Part shown: positions 36,831 through 50,187 of the stretch, in pieces
How positions within the stretch are numbered: position 1 is the first letter of the stretch
How the letters are laid out: every line of letters begins with the position of its first letter
Source: Octopus sinensis
Lineage: Eukaryota
Reading direction: 5' to 3'
DNA length: 64,000 bases
NCBI RefSeq assembly: GCF_006345805.1
Contig: NC_043001.1
Coordinates: 45,446,001 to 45,510,000, forward strand
The notes under the pieces: model-generated
Told to the model about the DNA's origin: nothing
Seen by the model: only the letters and a program-made list of their open reading frames with translations
The model's database searches: none
Program-made: the position numbers and the translations under genes

Positions 36831-38426
36831 TGTAGAGAGTTATAACACAAAGGAAATAATGAGTATGATATTGGAGTAGTGTTGAAAATTTAAGTTATAT
36901 AAAATATAAAATCAAAACTAAACCATGGACTTGGTACTTACACCTCAGGGCTTACTTGAATAGTCACAAGGATATTTTTACTTTTTTTTTTTTTGCTTTG
37001 TGTTTGTGTGCCTGCGCATGCGTAAAAGGCAGAGCTAAAAGAACATGGATATTCCCAGGTGCTTCAGATATTAGTGAAGAATGAGCTCCAATCACAGCCA
37101 AAAGATGCTCAATTGTTTTCTAAGTAGAAACATTTGTCATTAATGCCCTTCCCAAGACCATATATAACATAAGTGGTTCCAGCCAGGTACGGAAACCAGT
37201 CCTCAGCTTTTGCTCTATAACATTCACAGCCATTAATCTTTCAAGTTAGATTAATTTTAATTTAAAAATTAAAAAGGAAAATGCAAATCAGTTGAAAACC
37301 TGAAGGCCTTATATATGTGAGTGTCAAAGTCTGATTATATGGCACTATATATAAGAGAATTAAATCTCAACATTCTCACTTAGATGAGAAGTAAATCTCT
37401 GGATAAGATGTCAGTCTATAACTGGTAACATTCCCAGACAATTTGTTATCAATTTGCAACAGCTGGATAAAGTGTAGATTTAGAATACTGCTATATTTAC
37501 AAAAACAAAACAGTTTGAACAAAAAGTATTATAAACCAGTAGTGAATTTCCTTATCTATTTGGCCATTTAACTTCTGCAACATAGATGTGACTACCTACA
37601 AAGCCCAAGTATTGGTTCTGGCTTCATGCTGTGAAGATGAGAAATAACTTTTCCTTTGGAAAGACAATATTTTACTAGAAGTAATGTATGCAGATGATCT
37701 GTTGGCAACAAAAGGCTAACACTGGATTTAAACACATGACCCAAAGGGTTGAAGTTACTGATCACTTCATACACCATTCATTGGAACAAACTGGCAAGTG
37801 GCTTTCATGTTCATTAATGGTCATACACATAATTGCTTTTGCAGAGAAATAGATCAACCTTAGTAGCAGCTTTCTTGGAAATGTTAAATTCTTGCAAAGA
37901 GGAGTTTTATGAACACATTCCACCTATCTCAACTTTTGTTGCTCAATATAAAGCAGGCATGGCTGGCCACTGCTAGCATGCTTAACACCAGGCCATATCA
38001 GATGTTATATTTTGGAAACTTTCTGTCCTAACAGAGGACAAATATCACTCAACAATATTGCTATTATTGGCATAAAAAATGAAACTGAGAACATACCAAT
38101 TCCTGGTGCAGTGTGGTGAAATGCATCTCAGTCATGGTTACTTAAAGAAGACTATAAACTCAAGACTAACAGGCCAAGTAGTCTAATACTTTTTCCATTT
38201 GGTCCTTTCATATTTATAGTTAAATCAAGTAACCTAGAAAACAATGTGCAACAAATATAACCACCTACAAAACCTCAGAGGTTTTTAAGGACCAGTGAAT
38301 CTGGTTTCATTTCTTGACCCTCTTTATAGTTAGTTAGCAGTCACTCCATCACAAGTAACAGTTGAATGTAATCTGATGCAGATTCCCAACAATTACAAAA
38401 ATTAATACATATAAAATTAAGTATAT

Positions 38427-38811
38427 GGCACAAGCGTGGATGTGTGGTAAGAAGTTTGCTTCCCAGTCACATGGTTCTGGGTTCAGTCCCACTGAGTGGC
38501 ACCTTGAGCGTCTTCTACTATAGCTTTGGGTTGACCAAAACTTTGAGAGTCAATTAGGTAGACAGAAATTGAAAGTCTGTCATGTGTGTGTGAGAGTGTT
38601 TGTTCATATCTGTGCTCCCACTACTCTTTGACAACCAGTGTTGGTGTGTTTACATCTCCATAACTTAGTGGTCCAGCAAAAAAAAACTGGTAGAATAATT
38701 ATCAGGCTTAAAAAAAAAATAAGTACTAAGACTGATTCGTTCAACTAAAATTTCTCAAGATAGTGCCCCAGCATAGCCACAGTCTAATGACTGAAACAAG
38801 ACAATATAAAA
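38427..38811 (+). mobile_element. tRNA-derived SINE, family A
   Basis: Colinear with 2481-2869. Confidence 0.85.
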
Positions 38812-40689
38812 GCTAATAGAAAAAACAGAATGCCAATAGTGGATTTGAACTCAAGATCTAAGAGCTGGTAATGCAACACCTTATCCATTTTATTATTTCA
38901 CATCTACAATTAAGGAAGCCAGCAATATGTATTAGCTTATAAATCATAAAACATGGTTCCAGTTTGTTACCAATTTATAAAGCATGCATTTAATCGCCGC
39001 ATGTGATATAATGATTTACATTACATACAATAATTAAACGCATGTTACATACACACATATATATATTCATTCACGTTGTGCATGTAGTTATTTGTATGTG
39101 AAGTGTAACAGAACACAACATGGATGCAGTGATAGGTTAAGTATTACACAAACTAAATTAATCAAAACTAGATTTGTTTCTTTTCTTTTTTCTTAATATT
39201 CTTCATATGACTGCAGCCATACATAGAAATTGACAGAAGAACCCATGAAGTAGCAATTGTTTATGAGTAACTTCCTGAAACATGAAGAATGGTAGTAGGT
39301 TGGAGAAAAGGAGCAAGGCAGAACTTAGGCTTTTGTTTATGACAATGGATTAAACAAAAAAAAAATAAAATAAATATTCAACTGATAGTAACTAGACTGA
39401 ATTAAAAATCAGATACAGTATAATATCAGTTTTAAATCAAAACTTGGCAGATGTGTAAATAAGTTACCTGATGACTAATGCACAATCCCAAGTTAGCATT
39501 CTCAGAACACTTAAATTATATAATATTGTTTCTGTGTGTGCGCACGCGCATGCAATCATTTTGTACTTGCTTTCCATGCTGACAAGAACTGGAACAGGGG
39601 TGGATATATATATGTATTTACTGTTGTATGCTAATTACTAAAGCAATATTTTTCTTTCATGTAAACAGGAGAAACAAGTTCAATTCTGATCTGGTGTGGA
39701 AGACTCAGATTTAATCAAAATGGAAACGTATTTCTGAGTAATTCCGTGATAATAAAATTTCAACTAATTGAAGACAATGAATGAGAGAACAAGTGGCTTG
39801 TGCCTGTGTACACTTATCACTTCACTTAAGTGTGCCTTGTGTACTCTGAACAAGAATACCTACATATTCACATGTGTGGGAGTGTAGAGAGAAAGAGAAA
39901 TAAACAGAAATAGAGACAAAGACAGACAAGATAAACCAAACAATATCAAAACACATACAAATATCCCAGTAACGTAACAGAATAGTTGATGTGGCTAGAA
40001 GTAAATGATTTTAAAATCTTCAAATGACAGGTATTACATAATTAAGGATTAGTATGACATGCTTACTAAGTTTATAAATAATCCAATCTATGAGAACAAT
40101 GAAAAATAGGTACATCAAAAGTTAAACCACTGATATATTATTGTTGTTTAGACCCAGGTTAACCCTAATCAAGCAATCTTATGATTAAAGGTACTCTCAT
40201 CTCTTTAGGAGTATGAAGGACTAAATTATCCAATGTTTAAATAGTAGTGATTACACAGAAATTTAGCTGCTATTGCAAGCAGATCAAGCAATCACATAAT
40301 GGCTCCCTTGTTGGCTCAAGTTAAGTAGAGCAAGCTGGCATTTCATAAAATTATTTCCTTCAAGGTTTCAGTATCTTTGCACAAGACTGGTAACTATCAA
40401 GGATGCTACCAGAAGTTATGTATTCATCTCTTGTAGGAGAAAAGCATAATGATTTGATACAACACCAGAATAGACAGGATGTAAATACTTACGTTGCTCT
40501 TTAAGCCTATTTTTAAATGTAAGCGGCTGTATTTACAACCTCATATTTACCAGTATACCAAGTACACAACTATAAATCAATTTTAAATAATTAGATCAGA
40601 GAATGCTTTTAAATTTATCAGTTTGTATTAGGATCAAATCACTTAAAGAGATTGTACCATTAAAGATTACTTGTTTTTCCTAAATGTAT

Positions 40690-41010
40690 CCTATGTATGA
40701 GAGAGAGGGTATGAGAGAGAGAGAGAGGGGGCATGAGAAAGAGAGGGTATGAAAGAGAGAGGGTATGAGAGAGAGAGAAGGTATGAGAGAGAGAGAAGGT
40801 ATGAGAGAGAGAGAAGGTATGAGAGAGAGAGAAGGTATGAGAGAGAGAGAGAGGATATAAGAGAGAGAGAGAGGATATAAGAGAGAGAGTGCAAGGGTAT
40901 TAGAGAGAGTGCAAGGGTATTAGAGAGAGCGAGGGTATGAAAGAGAGAAAGAATGTAAGAGAGAGAAATATGAGAGAGAAGAAAAATAGAAAGAGATTGA
41001 GAGGGAGAAA
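40690..41010. repeat. Polypurine minisatellite, core unit GGTATGAGAGAGAGAA (16 bp) with variants
   Basis: Directly visible; source of ORF 40691-40894. Confidence 0.92.
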
Positions 41011-41179
41011 ACGACTGAATCTTTATGTTTCTCTGTGCGCAAAAAGAGAAAGAGTATTCAATACATATGACAAAATTACATTAACTTAGTTTTCAGTCAA
41101 TATCAGACCAGGTCATATCGTCACTCCTCAGAGTTTTCCCATGCTTATGCATTTGTTCAGAAATAACCCTTTGTTGTGA

Positions 41180-41380
41180 GTGTTCATAAGATTGTGATTT
41201 CAATTCCTGGACTGAGCAATGCATTGTGTTCTTGAGCAAAACACTTCATTTAACATTGTTGCAATCCACTCAGCTGACAAAAATGAGTATTTCTACAATG
41301 TACCAGTGCCCCATCCACTGGGGAGTATATATATATCAGAGAATCCAGGAAACTGGCCCTATAAGTCTATATGACTATGT
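41180..41380 (+). mobile_element. tRNA-SINE family C (V-domain-like central region, tentative)
   Basis: GTGTTCTTGAGCAAAACACTTCAT, ATCCACTCAGCTG..AAAATGAGTA, CCCCATCCA..GGGAG, CAGGAAACTGGCCCTAT. Confidence 0.55.
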
Positions 41381-42299
41381 GCATATGTATGTGTGAGGGG
41401 AGTGCTTCTTTCAGTTTCCTCCCACCAAATCCAATCACAAGGCTTTGGTTGGCCTGAGAATATTGTAAGAGACCAGCCCAAAACCATATAGTTCCCAAAC
41501 ACACATCCACAGATGCACCTTCTTGAGTAGGAATTCATTCAATTGGTTAAACTGAATGCTCATGGTCAAGACTGAAAAATCCACCAATGAGTCATGAGAA
41601 AAATTAGCCAAATAAAAATGTTGATTAATAATTTAATGCTATATTTAAATATATCTCTCAATAAAATTTCCTGCAAAGCAAAATTTTCCACACTCCCACC
41701 TATCCAAGATTTCTTTATAAGATTTAAAGTGATTTTTAAAACAAGTTTTGTCTGTGTTGTTGATTTTTAAAAATGTCCAACATATAATTATATTAGCCAA
41801 AAATAAATGTTTAAACTATTCCAGATAAATTCCAAATGAGCAATTAGATTTTCATGATTAATTTAAGAAAATGGAATAATGTGTCCTGCTATGCAAAGTA
41901 AAATAACTAACCATTTATCTTGTAAAATATATATATAAATAGTAAAGTTAAAAACAAAATAGCAGAAAAATAGATTCAAGTATCCAGTTTGAGAAAGAGA
42001 AAGTGGATTGGCATACAGGAGTTATGTCAGTAGCCTGTTATTCTCTTCTATTTCAGATTGTTGCTTATATTGTTTAATATCACTCACAAATGTAATGTTT
42101 GGTATCTACAGGCTATCTGAATAGTTGATAACCCAAACATTTTTGGAGTAGTTACCTAAATAACTGACAGTAATTAGTAACAAGATGGTAAAATTTAATA
42201 GAGATAATGAAAAGTAGTTGTTAATGAGGGCAGATATAGACAGTTCCAAAGATGTATAGTTTTGTGATGGGGAAGGTTATAAAAAGTAGTACATGAAGT

Positions 42300-43200
42300 A
42301 CCCAGGAACACAGCATGAATACAATAAGGGTGTTAAGAGGAGGAGAAACAGGTGGGATGAGGGAAATGGCTTAATGTGGCGATCACATACAATTAAATTA
42401 AGAGGTGAAGCTCACTATTATAACAGCAATATAGGAGATTCAGATTACAAATCAGCAACAAGTAAATTAATTGAGATATGAGAGAAAAGGTGTATTATAC
42501 AATGAAAAATATGACTGTTTTGGATGAGAACAATTTCCTAGCTATGTAAGAAGTACTCTACTGGATATAGGATTAATACATTTTGGAGCTGAAGTATTTG
42601 TAGTTCCTAAAAACATAACCAATCCCTTGTGATACAACCTTAACTATGAAGTTCATATGTGAATGCTTCGAAAGGTCATTAGAACTAGTGAAGCCTAGCA
42701 CTTGTAAGAAGATTGAATGATACTAGGTTGTCATCATCACATTGCAGAATGCTTTTGAAGTTTCTATTTATAGAGGGCATATATATATATATATATATAT
42801 ATGATTGTCAAGAAATGTGGGGGTAACACCTTGATGGTTTCTAAGTGCAAAAAAAGGGAGGGGTAGTCTAAAGCATTTGTTTAGAGGTGAAAAAGTCTGA
42901 GTCATGAAGGTAATGATTAAAGGGCATTGGAAAGATATTCAACTGAAAGTACATACTAGTTGATGGAATGTGAAAGTATCATCAATCCAAGCTGTATTTG
43001 AAGCAACAGGAGAAAAACTAAGCAATTCATATCATTAAGATTGAGAAGAGCCTAAAAAAAATATTAGAAAAAAGGTAGCTTTACTTAAGTTTTCATGCCA
43101 GATATAATCAACAGTTTTCCAGATACCAAGGGTAATCTGCTTTCATCAAAACTTTGAAGATGAAGTAAACCTTATGGCATTAGAGAAAATCTCCAGCAGA
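42300..43200 (-). mobile_element. Highly degenerate CR1-type LINE RT fragment
   Basis: Minus-strand remnants resembling FD.IWHENL.SKL, FL.LNDM, .DDT, QVLG.T..NDLS..H and ..I.PVEY. Confidence 0.4.
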
Positions 43201-43502
43201 TCTGGTTTTGTGAGTCATGCTCATGATTATCAAGAAGTGAAATAAATTTGAGGTGGTTAAGGTAATAACTTATAATTGTTTTATTTTCTTTAGAGATATT
43301 GGAAGTGAAAACTATACGATCAGAGTTGACAATATATTTTGTTTTTTGTTTAGGTATACTATACACTGATATGTGCTTTCATATCTTATACATAGAAAAG
43401 AAGAATAACAATTTTAGTAATGATATAAATTGTAACAGGAGTATATCAAGCAAAACCATCTGAACTGGTTACTTTGTAAGGCTTAAGTGACCAAAGACTT
43501 AC

Positions 43503-43532
43503 CAAAATTTGTGGCTGTATACATGTTGTACA
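43503..43532 (-). CDS. Candidate 30-nt exon (CTTCIQPQIL in phase 0, or YNMYTATNF in phase 1)
   Basis: Acceptor CTTTCTCATTATGCATTCTTCAG| and donor TTG|GTAAGT, both near consensus; unique sequence; all three frames open. Confidence 0.33.
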
Positions 43533-43914
43533 CTGAAGAATGCATAATGAGAAAGAATAGGAGTGTCCATATGCACAATGTGGGGTTGTGGTAATTTCTG
43601 GTACATTTATGACTTACAGAGCCATCTGGATTAAATTTAGTAATACACTTGAAGCTTCTGTAAAGTTGGCTGAGAGCCTTTTATCAACAATCTCATAATA
43701 ACTAAAGCAATTTTACTTTCACACATTATCATTATTCTTCAGTGAGCAAAAACTGAGCAAGTTCTATAACTATTGGTTGAAAAGAAAATCAAGGTGCAGC
43801 TACATGTAGTTGGGAAGCAAACTTTTTAATCACACAGCCACAACCACATCTAAGTATTCTATTATTTTATATTTTGTACATCAATCATACTATTCTTTAT
43901 ATAAAACAGAACAG

Positions 43915-44338
43915 AATGAGTGTGATCATTGACAGAGCGGCTAACCGGCTTCCATGCCAGTGGCACTTAAAGGGCACCATTCGAGCGTGATCGTTACTAG
44001 CGTCGTCTTACTGGCACTTGTGCCCGTGCTAGTAGGATGCCAAGAGCACCATTCGAGCGTGATCCTTACCAAAGTCGCTTTACTGGCACCTGTGCTGGTG
44101 GCATGTGTAAAAGGATTCGAGCAAGGTCGTTGCTAGTACTGCCTGACTGGCACGTAAAAAGCACCCACTACACTCTCGGAGTGGTTGGCGTTAGGAAGGG
44201 CATCCAGCTGTAGAAACTCTGCCAAATCGAGATTGGAGCCTGGTGCAGCCATTTGGTTCGCCAGCCCTCGGTCGAAATCGTCCAACCCATGCTAGCATGG
44301 AAAGCGGACATTAAACGATGATCATGATGATGATGAGA
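43915..44338 (+). mobile_element. RTE-family 3'UTR fragment with tandem units and (GAT)n tail
   Basis: GCACCATTCGAGCGTGATC units; CTACACTCTCGGAGTGGTTGGCGTTAGGAAGGGCATCCAGCTGTAGAAAC; CATGCTAGCATGGAAAGCGGACATTAAACGATG. Confidence 0.92.
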
Positions 44339-47300
44339 CCCTTGCTGAACAGATACTCTTGGTGAGTCAAGTATGTGTACCTACTTCAGTTACAGTGTTA
44401 GTTCCCTAAAGAAAGTCAGTCATGTCACATAATCTCATTCCCTTTTGACTACAATTTTCTGACTTTATGTCAAAATAAGAAATCATTATGATAATGTCTG
44501 GCAGAACCAATAACATGCACTGTGTATTTAATAAGGTAGCTTTCTGTTCCGAGTTCAACTACTACAAATGTTAATGTTATCTCTGTTTCTGGAATCAGTA
44601 AGTAACAGTAATGTTTAGGGTTAGTCAAAGGAGGGAAGTAGCACATTTAACCCTTTACAGAGCCCCTGAAACTGGTTGTTAGAAAGTACAAGGTTATCCT
44701 CAGAGTGGAACTCTAATTCAAATACTTCCAACAGACAGTACTCTGCTAAAGATATAGAAGGGCCTAGTAGTGTATAGCAGATTAAGCTTACATCCAAAAT
44801 TACACCTATCAAGCAAAGTTTAAAATCTTTATCATCATAGGACTGTATGGATCACTAAAACAGCACAGTGCCACACACCAGTTTCATCTCAGTAGGAGTG
44901 AGAAAATATATAAACATACTTGATTGGTTCAATCAACTATACTCCATCCAACCTGGCAGAAATTAACTCTGTGCCTAGTCAATATAATCTGAAGTATTAG
45001 TAAGTAGGTAGGTAGATTGTGGGGATGGAGGTGGACAGAAGTTCCTTCTAGGCAAATGAGTTCAGATTCATGGTTGAGTTAATAAACTTTAGAGTACTAT
45101 TGCTTAGAGTGAGAAAGACATGAGTATTATACAATTTCATATTTCACCTTGTCCATAAAAGGTGAGCTTATGACTAAATAAGAAATTATTTTTATTAAGA
45201 ATGATGATGATGATGATGACGACGACAACAATGATAACAAAGATGATGAGAATTAGTTTTCAAACAACAATACTTTGTGTGTATATCCAAAGTAGGTGAC
45301 TGTTATCTTGTGAATATTCATTCATGTATGCCAACAGACCACTTAATTCAGGTTTTGGTAAAACAAGTAGAACATCTACCATGTTAATATTAGTAATTAA
45401 CAGTTTGGTAGCAGTATTTTAAATTAGGGGTTCTATAACCAGTAAGTAGTGCTGGTATCCACAAAATATAAAGAAATCTACAAGATTAAATGAATGGTTT
45501 CACCAGAGTTTAATGACATCTTATCAACTGCATAAACAATGGTCTTCATGTTCATCATGTTATCTAAACTACACTAGTGTTCAAAATAAAGTATTGGGAT
45601 CAAACAACAAAATACATTCTTGAAATATGTTCTCTTTAAAAACAATATAAGAATAAATCTTCCAAAAATCACTAAATAAATAAAGAATGAAAAGTTAAAA
45701 ACGAAAATAGCTTAAATTCCTTTTTCTTTTTTTTTTGGCAGCTTCCATTGATAGCAGGATGATATAAACCAAAACAGAACAGACAACAAAGAAAACTTTT
45801 CATATGTCCAGACTATGCCAACACCCACATATTAGCTAAAATACAGGTTATTCAATATAGTTTTTGACAATATTATTATTATTGAATTTTCCACCTAGTT
45901 TTCCAAGATTGGCATGGGTTGGATAGGTTATCAAATCTGTGCATAGCACGTCATAAGATTTTTGCAAAATAGATGCTCGTCCAATCATCAACCACAATGA
46001 AAAAGAACATTAAGTGTATTTAATATAACACTAACACTTCAATAGTTGTTTCCTCATACTTTGGGCCTTTTCCTTTCACTTTACTGTATGTATCTAATTT
46101 TTATATGTATGCATTTCATGAACAAATAAATACTAGTTGTATAAGTATTTTTTAATAGTTTTATATCAAAAATTGTAGAAACCCTATCAGTCATGGTTAC
46201 TTCCACTCTTTCTTCCCAAGTCACAGAAGCCTTGCATAGAGGTAACTGGCTCTGCCCTTCCTCTTCTATGTAAAAAAAAAAAATTTTAAACTTTAAAGAT
46301 GAATTAATAGTCAAAGCAAATTCTCTCTCTCTTTCTCTCTCTTGTTGTCCTTCCCTTTCTCCCCCTCTCTCTTTCTATGTACCATGGTACCATGCCTGTT
46401 TTACAGGTGTCAGTGGTTACAGACATTTATGCCAAAATCTGAAGATATAGTGTTTTTCTTGGAAAAGATATAGCAGTAGTTTTTCATTACCGGCTGCCAG
46501 TTTATTTCAGCTTACTCTGTTAGCCTCCTTCTAGGTACACTATTCAACCCTTATACAGGGGGGGACTGATTCACATGACATCAGGATATGTCTGTCCACC
46601 AGTGGCTTATATGATATTTATATAGAGGCCAGTCCTTCTCCAAGTCCTGTATACCTTAGCCATAGGACTATCTGCTGCTATCTGAACCATAAGCAGGGCC
46701 CTTGACAGGTACTGCCACCCTGGGCCAGTACAGACCTAAGGAATAGTGATGATTAAGGGGTAAATTGATACTCAGCAAAACTCCTGGACTACAAAGCTGG
46801 AGCCTCACAACCAGATGAAGTTCAACATCTTGCCTACAACTGACAATTATAATCTTAAAAAAAAACAGAAAACAACTTCATAAGGAAAAAGACAAAGGTC
46901 TATTGAAGAGTCTGAAATACTGAAATTTGTAATATAATAACTGCAAGTAAGATTTGATATTGATAATGGTATTAATGAATACTAATTAAGATCATATTTA
47001 CTAGATAACAGCTTGGGTGGAATAATGTCTAGTTGTCTTCAGTTTTCTGCTATTTAATAAAAGAATGCAATATTACACATACACACATCTATAAAAACAA
47101 ACATACATACTGCATGAATGCTATTTAGAGAGAAAGAAAGTGTTACTGAAAGAAAGAGTATGACAGTTTATAAGTCTGTTTTTAAAAATACATTTATAAA
47201 TTAAAAGAGGTACCAATGGATAGCAATAAAAATTAGGGAGGTCACTTCAATCTTTAAGCTGTACAATCAAATCCTGCAATAGGCATTGAGAGTTAACCCT

Positions 47301-47518
47301 ATGCAATGTGATGTCATTATCCTCACATTATAGTTAATGCAGTGGCAGAAGGAAAGGTAACCAACTGTACTCACACCAACTCTAAAAAATATCATACATT
47401 TATTTTCAGAACCAGCTAAATTAGATAGACTATTAAAAAATAAAAACTATGACTGCAATAGAACTTGAACATAAAAATTACTGATTTATAGGTCTAAGTT
47501 TTTAATATCAGTAATAAA

Positions 47519-47736
47519 TGTAGGGTGGCAAGCTGGCAGAACCATTGACACATCAGGCAAAATGCTTAGCAACATTTCATCTGTCTTTAGATTCTGTGTT
47601 CAAATTCTGCCGAAGTTGCCTTCGTCATTCATCCCTTCAAGATTGATAAAATAAGCACCAATTGAGCAATGGGGTTAATGTAATTGACTTAAATCTCTCC
47701 ACTACTGGCCTAGTGCCAAAATTTGAAACCAATATT
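47519..47736 (+). mobile_element. SINE family B with 9-bp TSD
   Basis: Head GGCAAGCTGGCAGAACC and tail GTGCCAAAATTTGAAACCAATATT; TSD AGTAATAAA at 47510-47518 and 47737-47745. Confidence 0.85.
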
Positions 47737-49827
47737 AGTAATAAACATACCAATGAGCCATGCTAATTTAGATTGATTTCTTCATTGTATCCATTTCAAT
47801 ACACAGCAACTAGTATTCTCGACATTCATGAATTTATATATTATCATGTCACCACACATAAATCAAAGAAATTTGTTCTTATGCAAGAATTTACTTGTAT
47901 AACAAGGTTGTAGGCAAATGTAACAACTTGTCCATTGATCTGGGACCCATGAAATGCTTGTAGCAATATGCCGATTCATTACATAGTGAATAGGTATATG
48001 ATTTCATATAGACAATAAGGTCTTGATTTGTAAAGGTTGAGTAAAATCAACTGAATCAACCAACCTTTGTACATGACTGCTAGTTATTTTATTAAAAAAT
48101 AGAGAGACAAAAAGTAAAATTAAGAAGTAGGGATTAAGCTCAGAACATACAAGACACTATAAAGTATTTAATCTAGCAGGGTATTGTTTCTGCTAATGTA
48201 TCACTTTTAATAATAGAAACAAATTGTTATGATGTGGCATTGATGATAATATCCATCTTGTGTAAAGAAGGATCTGGTAACGATGGTGGCAGCTACATAA
48301 CCATGGAGAGCCCTTTTTGTAAGGTAAAATATATATAATATATATATAATATCAAAGAGTTGATGTATGAACTTACTCCTTATAGAATTCAAAATTTAGC
48401 ACTTTAGAACAATGAGATGCTGAACTTTAGATAATGTTAAAGCAAACAGTCCAACTCTACTCCACCTCTTTTGCTCTCATACCAATTGTAATAATGTTAA
48501 TGTTTTTTAAGACAGGAATTTTAAATGATGTAACCAATCTCAAAAACTTTTGAGAGAAAAGGTGATTAAGAAAAGAAAGAAGAGGACAAATAAGGCTGTA
48601 GTTTATTACATAATCATGAAAGATATTTGATCTAATACTAACCAAAACGTTAAGAATGAGAGCAAAAACAAGTTTTCTCTACATACTGGTCTTTCGATGT
48701 ATTTTGCTACTAGTAACTATTATAGTAACCAATATCTGAAATTTTCTGTTTACTATATAATTACATGTGACATAAATTTTCATATAATTTGCATTACTAT
48801 TGCATGTATATCTCACTGCATAAACTTCAATAACTTCAAAACAAATTGTTTTATTTAGTAATCAGTGATGAGAAATTTGGATATCATGGCTTCAGGAAAT
48901 TGAGATACCAGAGAAAACACACAAGCAAACAAAACAGACATTAACAGAGGCACCTAATATTTTAGTGATTGGATATTTTAGATTTGGAGGATGATCATAA
49001 TGGTGCACAAAATGGAAATAAGGAATAACTGTCTTGTGGATCTTTTTTAGATCCAGATCGACTTTGTTTGAACAAACCTATGACCAAAGTTATTTCAGCT
49101 GTAATCATCCTGTTCTGTCTATTTAGGGATATGCAAAACTACATTATTTAATGTGTTCCTTAATTACTGAAGACAGTAAGTGTGATGAGAGAAATTTGGC
49201 TACAATTTCTAGCAGGTTAAATTACCACAGCAGCTCCTTCATTGGCTCAGCTCATATAATTTATACAGGTGTGTACTAAAAGCAGTGTAATTGACCAAAA
49301 AAGATCTAAACTTAATACTTTAACATATTTAGTTCGAAGTTCAAATCCTCCACCACCTATATTATATTTAGCATCACTCTTGGAGGGGAGGTCAATCAGT
49401 TAACTCTTCTGCTACAAAACTTAGCTTTGTAGCAACTATATTTAGGAAAATACAATTTACACAGGCAACATATTTTCACTGTAACAAAACAAACCTATAA
49501 AACAAATTTTGCATAGGTTTATTTTATGTTAGCCATAGCAGTATTTTGGAAAGTTTTATATAATATAAACCATCTTGTTATACATAACTAAGGAGACAAA
49601 TTACAAAATAGAGCCATTTATTTCCTGTTCACAACAATGAAAAAATTTTCTAAAATGAAATTGAAAAAAAAAAGCATTCATATACTAGCACAATACTGGT
49701 AAAACAAAAGTGTTAAGCTTTTAAGAAATAGAGCAACCAAATCTGTTTTATATATCATCGGTAAAATATAAATCTGAAAAAGAAGCACACTCAAAGTTAT
49801 AGAGCAGCATATAATATAAAGTTAGAC

Positions 49828-49959
49828 AAGGCTGGTTTATGGGATTACTCTGGGTTTCACGTCCATAAAGCACTTAGCTTTACAGCATATCGTCAGATCC
49901 CAAACCTGTCGGCTTATGACCTGAACATGAAGCCCAGAATAATCCCATAAACCGGCCTT
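49828..49959. mobile_element. Small hairpin MITE-like element (~30-bp TIRs)
   Basis: AAGGCTGGTTTATGGGATTACTCTGGGTTTCA pairs with TGAAGCCCAGAATAATCCCATAAACCGGCCTT with 3 mismatches. Confidence 0.65.
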
Positions 49960-49961
49960 TA

Positions 49962-49999
<38 letters not shown>

Positions 50000-50009
50000 C
50001 GCACACCAG

Positions 50010-50070
50010 CCCTGAGCAAACTATCCAACCCATGCCAGCATGGACAACGGACATTAAATGATGATGATAT
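50010..50070 (+). mobile_element. Very short RTE-family 3' tail
   Basis: TCCAACCCATGCCAGCATGGACAACGGACATTAAATGATGATGAT; another copy at 51021-51068. Confidence 0.75.
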
Positions 50071-50187
50071 ATATATTATAAAAAAGTAAATATAGAAATC
50101 CATGGCAGTGCAGTTGAGAACAGATTAATATAAACAAAAATAATTCTGATATTTTGTGTGTATTTGTGTAAATTTCATATATATATA

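Noticed and set aside
38830-38890. tRNA-like sequence on the minus strand, and the tRNA-like starts of SINE families A, B and C
   Set aside because: Only A/B-box-like fragments are present, with no complete cloverleaf; they are explained as SINE heads.
44621-46314. Minus-strand ORFs 44621-44812 (NLVLSNNQFQGL, superficially LRR-like) and 46081-46314
   Set aside because: A single partial LRR-like motif with no repeat, and weak donors; insufficient support.
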